The notes under the pieces were generated by a model that was not told where the DNA came from, made no database searches, and worked only from the letters and a program-made list of their open reading frames with translations. From an uncultured virus (IMG/VR IMGVR_UViG_3300025141_000064) (Duplodnaviria; Heunggongvirae; Uroviricota; Caudoviricetes), in the IMG/VR virus record IMGVR_UViG_3300025141_000064: DNA of 64,000 nt. One strand, written 5' to 3'. Position numbers and translations under genes: made by a program. Within the stretch, counting starts at the first letter, position 1; every line of letters starts with the position of its first letter. This document shows, piece after piece, positions 46,001 through 53,986 of this stretch.

Positions 46001-48061
46001 GTTGTTGTTGCTTGTCTGGTTGGGATTAACAGCAGGGTTGAGTTTATACATCCCAATACCTTCCGCCACAACCCTACCTGCTGCTTTAGTTCTTACAATA
46101 GAAAAACCTTTAGCCCATGTTGGGTATGTCTCAAGACCTGCAAACCCCATTCCCATAGAGTACCAGTCTGGCGAGAACCCCTGTGGGTTGTAATCAACGA
46201 ACTTATCCATTGTCCATGATGCTGGTTGACACTCCCACCCTACCCTTACATTAGGGACATAATTATGTCCATTAACATTTGGGTCGGTGTAGCTGGTTGG
46301 GTGAAATGGCGTGTATGGCGCGTCATAAGACAGCGACATAAAGAATGGTGGAGCCGCAGTAAGCACACAGCTAACAGGTGAACAACCGAATGATGATGGG
46401 TTGTGGTTAACTCCGTGCGCTGGCCACGGGTCAGCACACCACGGGACATAGAGTGGTATTCCAAAGGAGCAGGTTGGACAGAAGGTTGGGTTACATAGCT
46501 TATGTACCGTTCCATCAAGGTCTGGCTGACATCCGTATATGTTGATAAACGAACACGCATCGGTCTTCTCTATCGGGTCGTGGAGGTCGAATATCTCCCA
46601 CACCCCGTTAGTTGGAAGGTCTCCCATCATGGACTTCACCAAAGGACGCTGTGACGAACTGAATGTGTGTGAGTTTCCTACACCTATCTCTTCCCTTCTG
46701 TGTGGGAACTTGTAGTTGTCAAAGTTTTCGACCTCATCAACGAATGAGTAATTTCCTTGACCATCATATAGAATGACACCGAAACCATAATACTCATTAT
46801 TCTTGTATGACTTATGATACGCGCTGTCGTATGGGTCAGCGTGACCGCTCTTTCCCAAATACTTCTGTACTGGGAACATCTCTACGCCATTAAGCTGCTT
46901 GTACGTTACCTGCGCGTCCAAGTCCCTTGAGGCGTACTTGATGTTCATAAGGTTCAGTCGCCTCCCAAAATACCGAATGGCTTTTGCGGCTTGAATTGCC
47001 GACAACCTCATAACGTCTTCCTCAACCAGAATTTCCTCTTCTGGCTCCGCTCCGTAATCAACGATGTTCACTACAGACCTTTCTCCGTGCGCTATTTCCC
47101 ACACGCCTATAATCTCACCATTAGGAGTAAAACCCAACCCTTCTCCGTTGTTGTATGGAATACGCTTTACTTCAATGTAATCGTAGTTGAGTGGGTTGTT
47201 AATACGTGTTCGTAAATGAATACCATAACCTGTATCTTCCGCAGCTTCCCCACCGAACGTCTTGCTGTACGGGTAGGGCGTGCTTGCGCTGTCGAACTGT
47301 TGTGGTACAGGTATCATTACTGTAGGTGGACTGAACGAACTTCTATTTCCGTCTTCATCAACAAATCGGAACTGGTACTGATATTGACCACATGGAAGTC
47401 CTCCTGTTCCAAGAATAAGGTCTACCCCAAGAGTGTACGGGTTTGATGTAATTCGTATGAACTTAAAACTGTCCATTGACACATCAAGGTTCACCGTATA
47501 TCTGCCGATATTGAACTGCTCGTAATACTTCTCCGTACACACCCCAGTTTCATCTCCGACACCAACACCGTTATTCAAGAGCATGTCCTTGATATTCAGT
47601 ATAATCGGTGGTGTTCTAAAGTCTGTAATGAAGATTTCCCCTCCAACACAACTCTCGTCTTTATCCCATTGCAGGGGATATTCAATCAGAAACGGTAGGT
47701 CTTCGTGAGATGCTACAATAACCCCGTCAATCCTTAGAAATGGGTTTATCGCTGTGTTCTCGTTAGCCCAGACCTCAATTAGCTGCTCATGGATTTCCTC
47801 AAGAAGTAGGCACTCCCATCCGTCAGGTAGCGCGCCTCCGCCATATTCAGCAGTACAACTATTGTCAACGTCAGGCAATAACAGTTCTTCGCCCTTGATC
47901 TTAACAGACACATTGGACGACCCCTCCATGTCGTTGGTTCGGGCATTGCGCGCGTTCAGGTATTCACCATCTTCGCCAGCGCCTAATAACTCTTCGTCTG
48001 ACTGCGTGTTAGCCCCTGCCCCTACGGTCTTGGTTATGTATGGGAAATGTGTCTGCTTCAT
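43067..48061 (-). CDS. Tail stabilization/muzzle-like protein
   Basis: 1664 aa; GEYLNARNAR N-terminus, YQYQFRFVDEDG, Y.FGVILYD..G motifs; follows the ring-protein genes as in crAss-like podoviruses. Confidence 0.7.
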   Translation of the reverse strand: MKQTHFPYITKTVGAGANTQSDEELLGAGEDGEYLNARNARTNDMEGSSNVSVKIKGEELLLPDVDNSCTAEYGGGALPDGWECLLLEEIHEQLIEVWANENTAINPFLRIDGVIVASHEDLPFLIEYPLQWDKDESCVGGEIFITDFRTPPIILNIKDMLLNNGVGVGDETGVCTEKYYEQFNIGRYTVNLDVSMDSFKFIRITSNPYTLGVDLILGTGGLPCGQYQYQFRFVDEDGNRSSFSPPTVMIPVPQQFDSASTPYPYSKTFGGEAAEDTGYGIHLRTRINNPLNYDYIEVKRIPYNNGEGLGFTPNGEIIGVWEIAHGERSVVNIVDYGAEPEEEILVEEDVMRLSAIQAAKAIRYFGRRLNLMNIKYASRDLDAQVTYKQLNGVEMFPVQKYLGKSGHADPYDSAYHKSYKNNEYYGFGVILYDGQGNYSFVDEVENFDNYKFPHRREEIGVGNSHTFSSSQRPLVKSMMGDLPTNGVWEIFDLHDPIEKTDACSFINIYGCQPDLDGTVHKLCNPTFCPTCSFGIPLYVPWCADPWPAHGVNHNPSSFGCSPVSCVLTAAPPFFMSLSYDAPYTPFHPTSYTDPNVNGHNYVPNVRVGWECQPASWTMDKFVDYNPQGFSPDWYSMGMGFAGLETYPTWAKGFSIVRTKAAGRVVAEGIGMYKLNPAVNPNQTSNNNDTKATKDKHRLWFYSSDIENAIGVNPQEVQLMQATPSNYKVQLISPMGFFSEMYHGRFDDTQVDHTVDLISYARLQYEDGSINIKDTPSQIGDNGHVQFGSWRNDATTESMGWATQQGTEGRATDANGELKTFGLAGITFVTDGDRLSPKFELTLGENVYRTSNIAFDDCNKRFNHPRLRKFHEPFYIVQIIRDDVQIPQGQTTKQFIGTGHYQKIEAIIGVGNGNYGNQYKLVDERWEDCCPALDPLSPFAGDLAYVWIENDQEEYDRWLNVTYQTQVFIDAVHADILANGFFLDANGFEVYGVYTHTSTSDERETTLIFDDTTVVVPFAKKIMVKYDNRLPIKFWGGDVVGGEDLFAPIDRNSTCQCTSGVAKNEEFRLNLGFPYYDFTINNRYYVPSNQTMAITQQCNTVDLNYIRQMVIMYPSQTRSHTWYCYEERITDEFVPSGLNGYFPATHYIVRPCKFDCDDPNDDYCDGDYWISTIYRDDYPNSENLTWAWGGFRYNKLANADYSREPDHIKYTTKPIVGFVEETDFCTRHIWTPERNIAAQDTPSLRTFPELNHYDLDDAQGGIKRAFSSLSDKGHNLYAITDSGIAMVLTGKKILSDINATEIALMGSGDNQFVQLEYWLSRVIGMNDETWRSYAEWNNVLYWTNFNSAYQLLGNEIVDIGRKAYYPTVRSEVISKLGVGHENKLCGNYDTLHNEYWVDISRKCVDIILVKKFYDPMEDFVSAPYVHDIRVTGLGENSDGRLRLPAVMPTATDRLCVTNNSGQTIIIEQLVFAQIVEYPIEDGDTKCFSLHVETGLWQFEAAEDPCFANTLVYNPLKEHWNGKYDYIFDKYISFNGRTFACRDGLTYELNKGYIINGEEIEYELSEVFAPAGIGEGEFKRVRIASDEKPTSVDFRNFVADPIQAEMSTANFGQFYLKNYNGWEQHIPRKSAAPHDRFQGRSVVVGVKHKGEAFVLKMMAVQFAPMK

Positions 48062-48819
48062 TATAGGTCATACTTGCCTAAATATTCTTTTATGCTTTCA
48101 CGCTCCCATGTATTGAGAGATGATATTCTGTGCTGGGCTTTTGCCCAACTACCATCATAAGGTTTTGTCAGCTTATTGTAAGCGTCCATCCAGTCAGCGC
48201 GGTCTTCTTTACTGCGCTTCTTTCTGGCAAATAGGATTTTCTCTACAACGAAATCAACAACCGCCTCCCTTAGAAATCTGGGAACAATCGGTAGTTCGTT
48301 TATCTCCCCCCCGAAGCCGTTACCAACAAACCTTACATTGGGGTATGCTGCGCTATTTGCGGAGAACATGACAAGACCGTTCTGAAAATTAGCGTAGAAC
48401 AGGTTGGCGGTGCTTCTTGTGTTACTGTCAAATGATGGTTTCAAGAACGGGTCATGTTGCATTTTACCGTTCTCCTTTTGGTTTGCGGTGTAGTTTGTCC
48501 CACCCCACTTATTATTGAATAGCCGTTTCCACCACACTTTAACGCTGGTTTCGGGACTACAACAATCGCCCCTCCATAGGTAAATCTCCCTGATGTTGAA
48601 CATGTTTGATGGCATATCCAACTGTAAGAGTTCTGGGTCTAATGGTAGGTCAACCGTCCGTTCGTCAAAGAAGGTGTCAATGGATAGTTCGTCAATCGCG
48701 TTGCGTAACTGCAACTGGTAGAAACCCTTTGTCTGTCCGTGACGAAGGTTCTCATCGTTACAGAAAACAAGTATCTCCGAGAGTAGTTGGTTTATGGAAA
48801 CAAAGTCGTTCGTGTTCAT
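48061..48819 (-). CDS. Putative tail ring/tubular protein
   Basis: Size, LPIVP...REAV motif, position. Confidence 0.6.
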   Translation of the reverse strand: MNTNDFVSINQLLSEILVFCNDENLRHGQTKGFYQLQLRNAIDELSIDTFFDERTVDLPLDPELLQLDMPSNMFNIREIYLWRGDCCSPETSVKVWWKRLFNNKWGGTNYTANQKENGKMQHDPFLKPSFDSNTRSTANLFYANFQNGLVMFSANSAAYPNVRFVGNGFGGEINELPIVPRFLREAVVDFVVEKILFARKKRSKEDRADWMDAYNKLTKPYDGSWAKAQHRISSLNTWERESIKEYLGKYDL

Positions 48820-48821
48820 TA

Positions 48822-49580
48822 TTATACATTTTGAGCCTGTGCTTCCTCTGCCTCATTTACCTCTTGTGCCGCTCGCGGTCTCTGTACTGTTCTTCCGTCA
48901 AGCTGCTCCTTATCTGTAGCGGTATCGGTTCCTTCGTTCTCCCTATCTCTTGGTGATGCGAACATGAACCGCCCCAATGTAAGGGTCTGCGCGATAAGGT
49001 TCTCAATAAGATGCTCTGGTAGTGGGACTTTTTTATCAAGGTCACACTCGATGTTCGGGCTAAAGTTCGTGTAAAGCCCAACCTCCAACTCTCTCACCAC
49101 TACACACTCAACCCCAAGAAGATACACCCGACCTCCAACAACATAGAAGTATGGGTTTGTGCTTGATGGTTTCTCAAAGTCGTTCATATACAACCTGTGC
49201 GCTATTGATGGTGCTGTCCGTTGGAATAGAACAACCGTCCATGCTGGTGTTCCACAACACCCCACATCAACGACATGGGAAATGAAATCTACACCCTGAT
49301 CGTATTCTAACTCCACAATACTCTCTGGTAGGTCGAAATACTTTCTGTCTGCCACTAAATCTGGTGGCTGACTGATGGCTGATGTAAGGACTGGGACGTT
49401 ATCGAATATCGAAAGAAACGTTCCGTTTTTCGGGTCTTGCTTCTTTAGGTGTAAGTACCGCAGTCTATTGGCGGTTGACGTCACCCAGAAGTTGACGAGT
49501 GCCAATGGAATGTCAGCGTCATCGAAGTTCTGCTTCAATGCCTTGACAACCGCCTCGCACACGTATCTATATGTAGCCAT
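48822..49580 (-). CDS. Putative tail ring/adaptor protein
   Basis: KYFDLP, P.FYVVGGRVYL, PLPEHLI motifs, position. Confidence 0.6.
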   Translation of the reverse strand: MATYRYVCEAVVKALKQNFDDADIPLALVNFWVTSTANRLRYLHLKKQDPKNGTFLSIFDNVPVLTSAISQPPDLVADRKYFDLPESIVELEYDQGVDFISHVVDVGCCGTPAWTVVLFQRTAPSIAHRLYMNDFEKPSSTNPYFYVVGGRVYLLGVECVVVRELEVGLYTNFSPNIECDLDKKVPLPEHLIENLIAQTLTLGRFMFASPRDRENEGTDTATDKEQLDGRTVQRPRAAQEVNEAEEAQAQNV

Positions 49581-50458
49581 TAGTTAGTTGCGGTTAAAAG
49601 GGTTTGTATATCCTGCTGCGTCACCGTATAAAGGCTCGTCTGGTCTCCTTGCTTGTACGAGACAAATTGTAACGACTTCGCTACTATCATGTCAAACATT
49701 GCCGCAGGGAATGGTAGGTTTTCTGTCAGCAGGGTTATTGCTGGCGGAACGCTGATATATGTCATCGCCACCAGACTGTTCTTAATCAAAGGTCTTACCT
49801 CAAACTCATGTTCGGGCGTGGTGATATACCCACCAGTCAATGAACTGTAGTCCGTCATATTGAGGTAGGCATATTGAATGAGGTCATCACAATCGACTAT
49901 ATTATTTCCTGCTTCAAACGGGTTCTTTCTATTTCTTACATATTCATCATCCGTCAGTCGTTTACATGCGTATTCTGCCGAAACAAATGATAGTTCTGGT
50001 CTAAGAGTGGATGCGTGTGGTAGAAGTAACACTCCTGTTATCGGGTCAAAGTCCAGTATCGGTTTATTACAGGTCTCATTTCCCATGTTGCTGCTCACAA
50101 ACGCTGCGAAGGTTGCTGAATACCCAGACAGGTCTTGTTGGTCAAAGTCCGACATGAACACGCAGGGCTTGGGATGTATAGCAAGAACCGTCCAAAGTCC
50201 ATGTCCATTCTCTGCTGAATTGAACCTGAAACGGGAAAAGTCATTGGTCTGCCAAATTCGGGTCTTTCGCAGTTCCCTTGTAAGTTCCTCTGTGAATTTC
50301 TTTCCCCCGTATGCTATTTCAATTACTGTGGTCAGCCAAGTAATTGCGGAATTTATCGCTGGAATGATGTCAATGTCGTCCCGATAGTGGTCTGTACCTT
50401 CTGCATCGAGACCAGTCTGCCTCATGCGAGAAGCTATGTCTGATGCAAGGATAGCCAT
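49580..50458 (-). CDS. Putative head-tail adaptor/ring protein
   Basis: I..AINSAI, YISVP, FP..MFD.IV pattern; start set at MAILAS. Confidence 0.6.
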   Translation of the reverse strand: MAILASDIASRMRQTGLDAEGTDHYRDDIDIIPAINSAITWLTTVIEIAYGGKKFTEELTRELRKTRIWQTNDFSRFRFNSAENGHGLWTVLAIHPKPCVFMSDFDQQDLSGYSATFAAFVSSNMGNETCNKPILDFDPITGVLLLPHASTLRPELSFVSAEYACKRLTDDEYVRNRKNPFEAGNNIVDCDDLIQYAYLNMTDYSSLTGGYITTPEHEFEVRPLIKNSLVAMTYISVPPAITLLTENLPFPAAMFDMIVAKSLQFVSYKQGDQTSLYTVTQQDIQTLLTATN

Positions 50459-50462
50459 ACGG

Positions 50463-50500
50463 TAAAAATAAGAAAACTCGAACACCTTTCGATGTTCGAG
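50463..50500 (-). terminator. Terminator hairpin whose U-tract runs into a promoter-like TATTTTTA box
   Basis: CTCGAACA/TGTTCGAG stem (50477-50500) followed by TTTTCTTATTTTTA. Confidence 0.7.
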
Positions 50501-50523
50501 CCTCCATTGTATTCCAAGCTATA

Positions 50524-51393
50524 TCAGTAAGTGGACTGTGCCAAGAAATTCTCTTGGGTCTCCTTTCCGTCTTCTCCGAAGAAGCTTACTGTGGGGTGCT
50601 TGGCTTGTTTCGCTTGGTTCATTCCGTCTGCTGCCATCTTGAATGTCAGTTCTCTACGAACCTTATCAATGTCCGTATCGACTGGGATGTTCTCCAATTT
50701 GGCTCTCTCAAGAACCTCGAACTGGCTCATTCCATTCAGTTGGTTACTGATCTCCACCATCTTTTCTGCGAACGTTACATCGTAACGTCTTACATCATCA
50801 ATCTTCTCGAAGAACTTGATGTTGAAAAGTGAATGGCTCCGTAGCCAATCACACTCTTTTTTGGAGTGGATTTTAGCAGAACTCAAACAGACTGTGTTGT
50901 TGTCAAAACGTGTTGACCCTTTCTTATTGTACCGATATACGTGTTCAAAACGGATAGGGGTTTTGTAAGGGGTGTGTACGTCCTGACCATATTTCTTATC
51001 TCCAAGAACAGCCCATGTGAAGCTGTATGTAAAGAAGATGGCTGGTTTCTCAAGGATGTCCGATGGGTCAATCTGTGCTTTGGTCATTGGCTTTATCAAC
51101 CTACCATTTGCATCAGCAGCATTTCCGCCAGATGATTGGAACGCCTCAACAAGTGTTTCAAGCAGCTTTGTGTGTTTGTCGTCTGCTTGTTCTGGCTCCA
51201 CCACTCCCTTCGCTTTTTCCATAGCAAGGTCGATGATCTGTGCCGATAGAGTTCCGAGTTCTGTCTTGCTGACAGTAATCAGTTCTTCATTGTTTGGGTC
51301 TTCCTCATGTCTCGCACTACTTTCCAGTACGCTATCGACCATCTGCAATTTCATTGCGTCCAGTTTCTCGTTCAATCCTTTATCTCCCATCAC
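50524..51393 (-). CDS. Hypothetical protein downstream of the major capsid gene
   Basis: 289-aa ORF in the head module. Confidence 0.65.
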   Translation of the reverse strand: MMGDKGLNEKLDAMKLQMVDSVLESSARHEEDPNNEELITVSKTELGTLSAQIIDLAMEKAKGVVEPEQADDKHTKLLETLVEAFQSSGGNAADANGRLIKPMTKAQIDPSDILEKPAIFFTYSFTWAVLGDKKYGQDVHTPYKTPIRFEHVYRYNKKGSTRFDNNTVCLSSAKIHSKKECDWLRSHSLFNIKFFEKIDDVRRYDVTFAEKMVEISNQLNGMSQFEVLERAKLENIPVDTDIDKVRRELTFKMAADGMNQAKQAKHPTVSFFGEDGKETQENFLAQSTY

Positions 51394-51411
51394 TTGTTAT
51401 TTGTTAAATAA

Positions 51412-51435
51412 GGGCAGAGGTCGAAACCCCTGCCC
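51412..51435 (-). terminator. Hairpin terminator after the major capsid gene
   Basis: GGGCAG(G)GG...CC(T)CTGCCC stem followed by TTATTT. Confidence 0.7.
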
Positions 51436-51457
51436 GTTAAAATCAACTGAACAACTC

Positions 51458-52702
51458 TTAGATAATGTCAATCCAACCAGACCCAAGAGGGTTGTTGAAC
51501 TCCATACCAAAGGTTGCGCTCACCCAGAAGTCGGTGTAGTTCCTGTAAGAACTTGACTGACCCTTACGGGTAAGTGTTTGTCCCATTTCCTCACCCCAAG
51601 TCTGGCAGCAAGAAATACTCTCTTGGTCAAGCAGGAATAACCTGTTCGTCCAAGCAGCAGGGAAACATGATCTCTCTTCAAAGCGCTTCATCGGAACAAA
51701 CACGATGAACGTTGAGCCTATGTCAACACCTTTCAGATTTAACTTCGCAGTCATATCGTCTGGACGGTAACGGGTCAACGCACTCTTGTACGCAGTCGAA
51801 ATCTCATGGATTTGACGCGGTGTTCCATAAAGGAACCGAGTAGAACCATACGCCTTGTACTCCGTTGAAAGAGCCAAGTCTTCAAGAGCGGTGGTAATTG
51901 TGGCAATCGGAGTTGCAATATTGGCAGAACCAGCTTGCAACATTGTTGGGAAGATACCACCTGTGGTCTTCGCAACTTCTCCACCAGCAAGTGTTACCTC
52001 GCCTCTATCGCCATTCCAAAGAATATTGGAAAGGTCAACACGGAACTGCTGTAACAATCGCTTGCGCTGCATTGTCAAGTAGTTCTCCGTAGTACCAGCT
52101 TTCTGATACTTGTAGAGTTCCATCTTACCGAACCTCTGTGCCTTAATGAACATCTGCACGTAATTGTAACGCTCGATGGTGTCAGCACGGAAGTATTGCT
52201 TGATGTCATCAGCAGCATCAGCTTCAACTGGTGACAGGTTAGCAAGCAGGTCTCCAACAATAACTGCTGGCACGGAGCCACCTGTCATTGGGGTCACGGT
52301 GATCTGTGATAGACCTGTATTTATCGCAGTAACAGTTCCTTTCGCGTTACTTGCGTAAACAACGATAGTGTCAACCGCGATTGTGTCAAGGTTGGCAACT
52401 GTTAGCGTTTGAGAAGCAGGGTGAACCGCAGCAGCAGAAATAGCTGTAATCTCTACGGGTTCACGACCAAAGCCCATTTCGTGATAGAAAAACTCATCAC
52501 TATTTACGGTTTTGGCAGGTTTCATGTTCAACAGCTTCAAATCGAAATACTGTTGAGGCGCGGCATCGTAAATCAACGAGCGCGTAATCTTCTGAATTAG
52601 AAGACTATTGTTGTGACCAAACAACGATGCGTACTGCGAGCCAACCGAGTTAAGGTTAGTGTTGTGCAGGTTCGCGTTTGGCGGTGAATATAAAGTTGGC
52701 AT
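51458..52702 (-). CDS. Major capsid protein (HK97 fold, DUF5309/SU10-like)
   Basis: 414 aa after portal and scaffold; NYVQMF, L..ILWNG......TTGGI motifs; followed by a terminator. Confidence 0.8.
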   Translation of the reverse strand: MPTLYSPPNANLHNTNLNSVGSQYASLFGHNNSLLIQKITRSLIYDAAPQQYFDLKLLNMKPAKTVNSDEFFYHEMGFGREPVEITAISAAAVHPASQTLTVANLDTIAVDTIVVYASNAKGTVTAINTGLSQITVTPMTGGSVPAVIVGDLLANLSPVEADAADDIKQYFRADTIERYNYVQMFIKAQRFGKMELYKYQKAGTTENYLTMQRKRLLQQFRVDLSNILWNGDRGEVTLAGGEVAKTTGGIFPTMLQAGSANIATPIATITTALEDLALSTEYKAYGSTRFLYGTPRQIHEISTAYKSALTRYRPDDMTAKLNLKGVDIGSTFIVFVPMKRFEERSCFPAAWTNRLFLLDQESISCCQTWGEEMGQTLTRKGQSSSYRNYTDFWVSATFGMEFNNPLGSGWIDII

Positions 52703-52727
52703 TTTAGTTTTCCGTTAAGGGTTAGAC

Positions 52728-53942
52728 TTAGTAATACGTCTTTTCAAACAGATCACCAAACTGTGTTTTCATAGCATCAGGAGTTGGAGCCTGTGGAGCA
52801 GCGCCATACCCAGAGGGCATATTGGCGGCTGGTCTATCAGCACCGTTCCCAACGATGTCATACATCTGGTTGTTCCGTTGTTCAAGAGCCTTTCTTGCAC
52901 CAATAATTTCGTCTTCCCCAAACAGCGCGAGTGTAATTGCTTTAGCTGCTTCTTTTTTGTAGCTGCCATCAGGATTTCTGAATAAGGCAGCTTCTCCGTT
53001 GCCACTCATTATCTGCTGAACTTTTGCAAGTTTGGCAGGTTCAAGAGCAGGGAACGTTTCTTTTAAGAATGAGACGGAACCCTTGATACTTTCAGTTAAG
53101 GAATTTTCCTTAGTGATCGCATCGTCCTGTAATCGGGTACGTCTCGCATCATGCTCTTGTTTATCCAACTCAAATTGTCGTTGGGCTAAAAGAATGACTT
53201 TCTTTGTGTTTGGTTCTTGGTTTGCAAGGTCTTCTTTGGTGAACTCATTAGGGTAGTAATGGTTCAGCACATCTGAAACTGAATTTTGGTCGAAAGCCTT
53301 ATTAAAGTCAATCGCACTATTTACGTTACTCGCAATCGCTTTCCAATCGTTTCCCGTAGCCCAAGCGTTCATAGCATCATACAATGGTTGTGGCATTGCG
53401 CTGATGTCCGTCCTAAGAGCATCTAACTCTGCGGTGGCTGCGGAACCGTTCTGTGCGTCTGCTCTCCATTTATCAACGGAGCCGAAAAACGTATTCCAGT
53501 TATTAAAATCTTCTTTCACATCCATACCATACTTGGTGTTGATGTGATTATATATGTCATCCGTACCTTTTACAATAGCTGCGTTCTGCGCGTCCGTAGG
53601 GGATGCGAAGAGTTGGCTTTCATAGGGTTGTGCTGGTGCAGCAGGTGGCTGTGCGTTCTGCATTGCCAATGCTTGCGCGATAGGGTCAACTGGCGCGGCA
53701 GGTGCAGGAGGTTGGTTGGCAGGTGCGGCTGGCGCTGCTGGTGCAGCAGGTGCGGCAGGTGCTTGAATGTTGTTTGATGCCAGATAATTTGCAACATCTG
53801 GGTCAGAAGCTAAAGCTGGGTTAGCGTTAATTGCCTCTGCCACGAAAGCCATGTTTGCTTGGGCATCTACTACTCCTGTTTCAACTGGCGGCTGCGCTGG
53901 TGCGGCAGGGGCAGGTGGTATAGGTTGGTTCTGTAAATTCAT
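52728..53942 (-). CDS. Capsid scaffolding protein
   Basis: Pro/Ala/Gln-rich N-terminus (PAA repeats), helical body, between portal and MCP. Confidence 0.7.
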   Translation of the reverse strand: MNLQNQPIPPAPAAPAQPPVETGVVDAQANMAFVAEAINANPALASDPDVANYLASNNIQAPAAPAAPAAPAAPANQPPAPAAPVDPIAQALAMQNAQPPAAPAQPYESQLFASPTDAQNAAIVKGTDDIYNHINTKYGMDVKEDFNNWNTFFGSVDKWRADAQNGSAATAELDALRTDISAMPQPLYDAMNAWATGNDWKAIASNVNSAIDFNKAFDQNSVSDVLNHYYPNEFTKEDLANQEPNTKKVILLAQRQFELDKQEHDARRTRLQDDAITKENSLTESIKGSVSFLKETFPALEPAKLAKVQQIMSGNGEAALFRNPDGSYKKEAAKAITLALFGEDEIIGARKALEQRNNQMYDIVGNGADRPAANMPSGYGAAPQAPTPDAMKTQFGDLFEKTYY

Positions 53943-53962
53943 TCTTTCCTCTATCGTTTTAG

Positions 53963-53970
53963 CAAATATA
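53963..53970 (-). promoter_or_regulatory. -7 promoter box TATATTTG for the scaffold-MCP genes
   Basis: Consensus match in the intergenic gap. Confidence 0.65.
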
Positions 53971-53986
53971 CTGCAAAATCTTTCAA

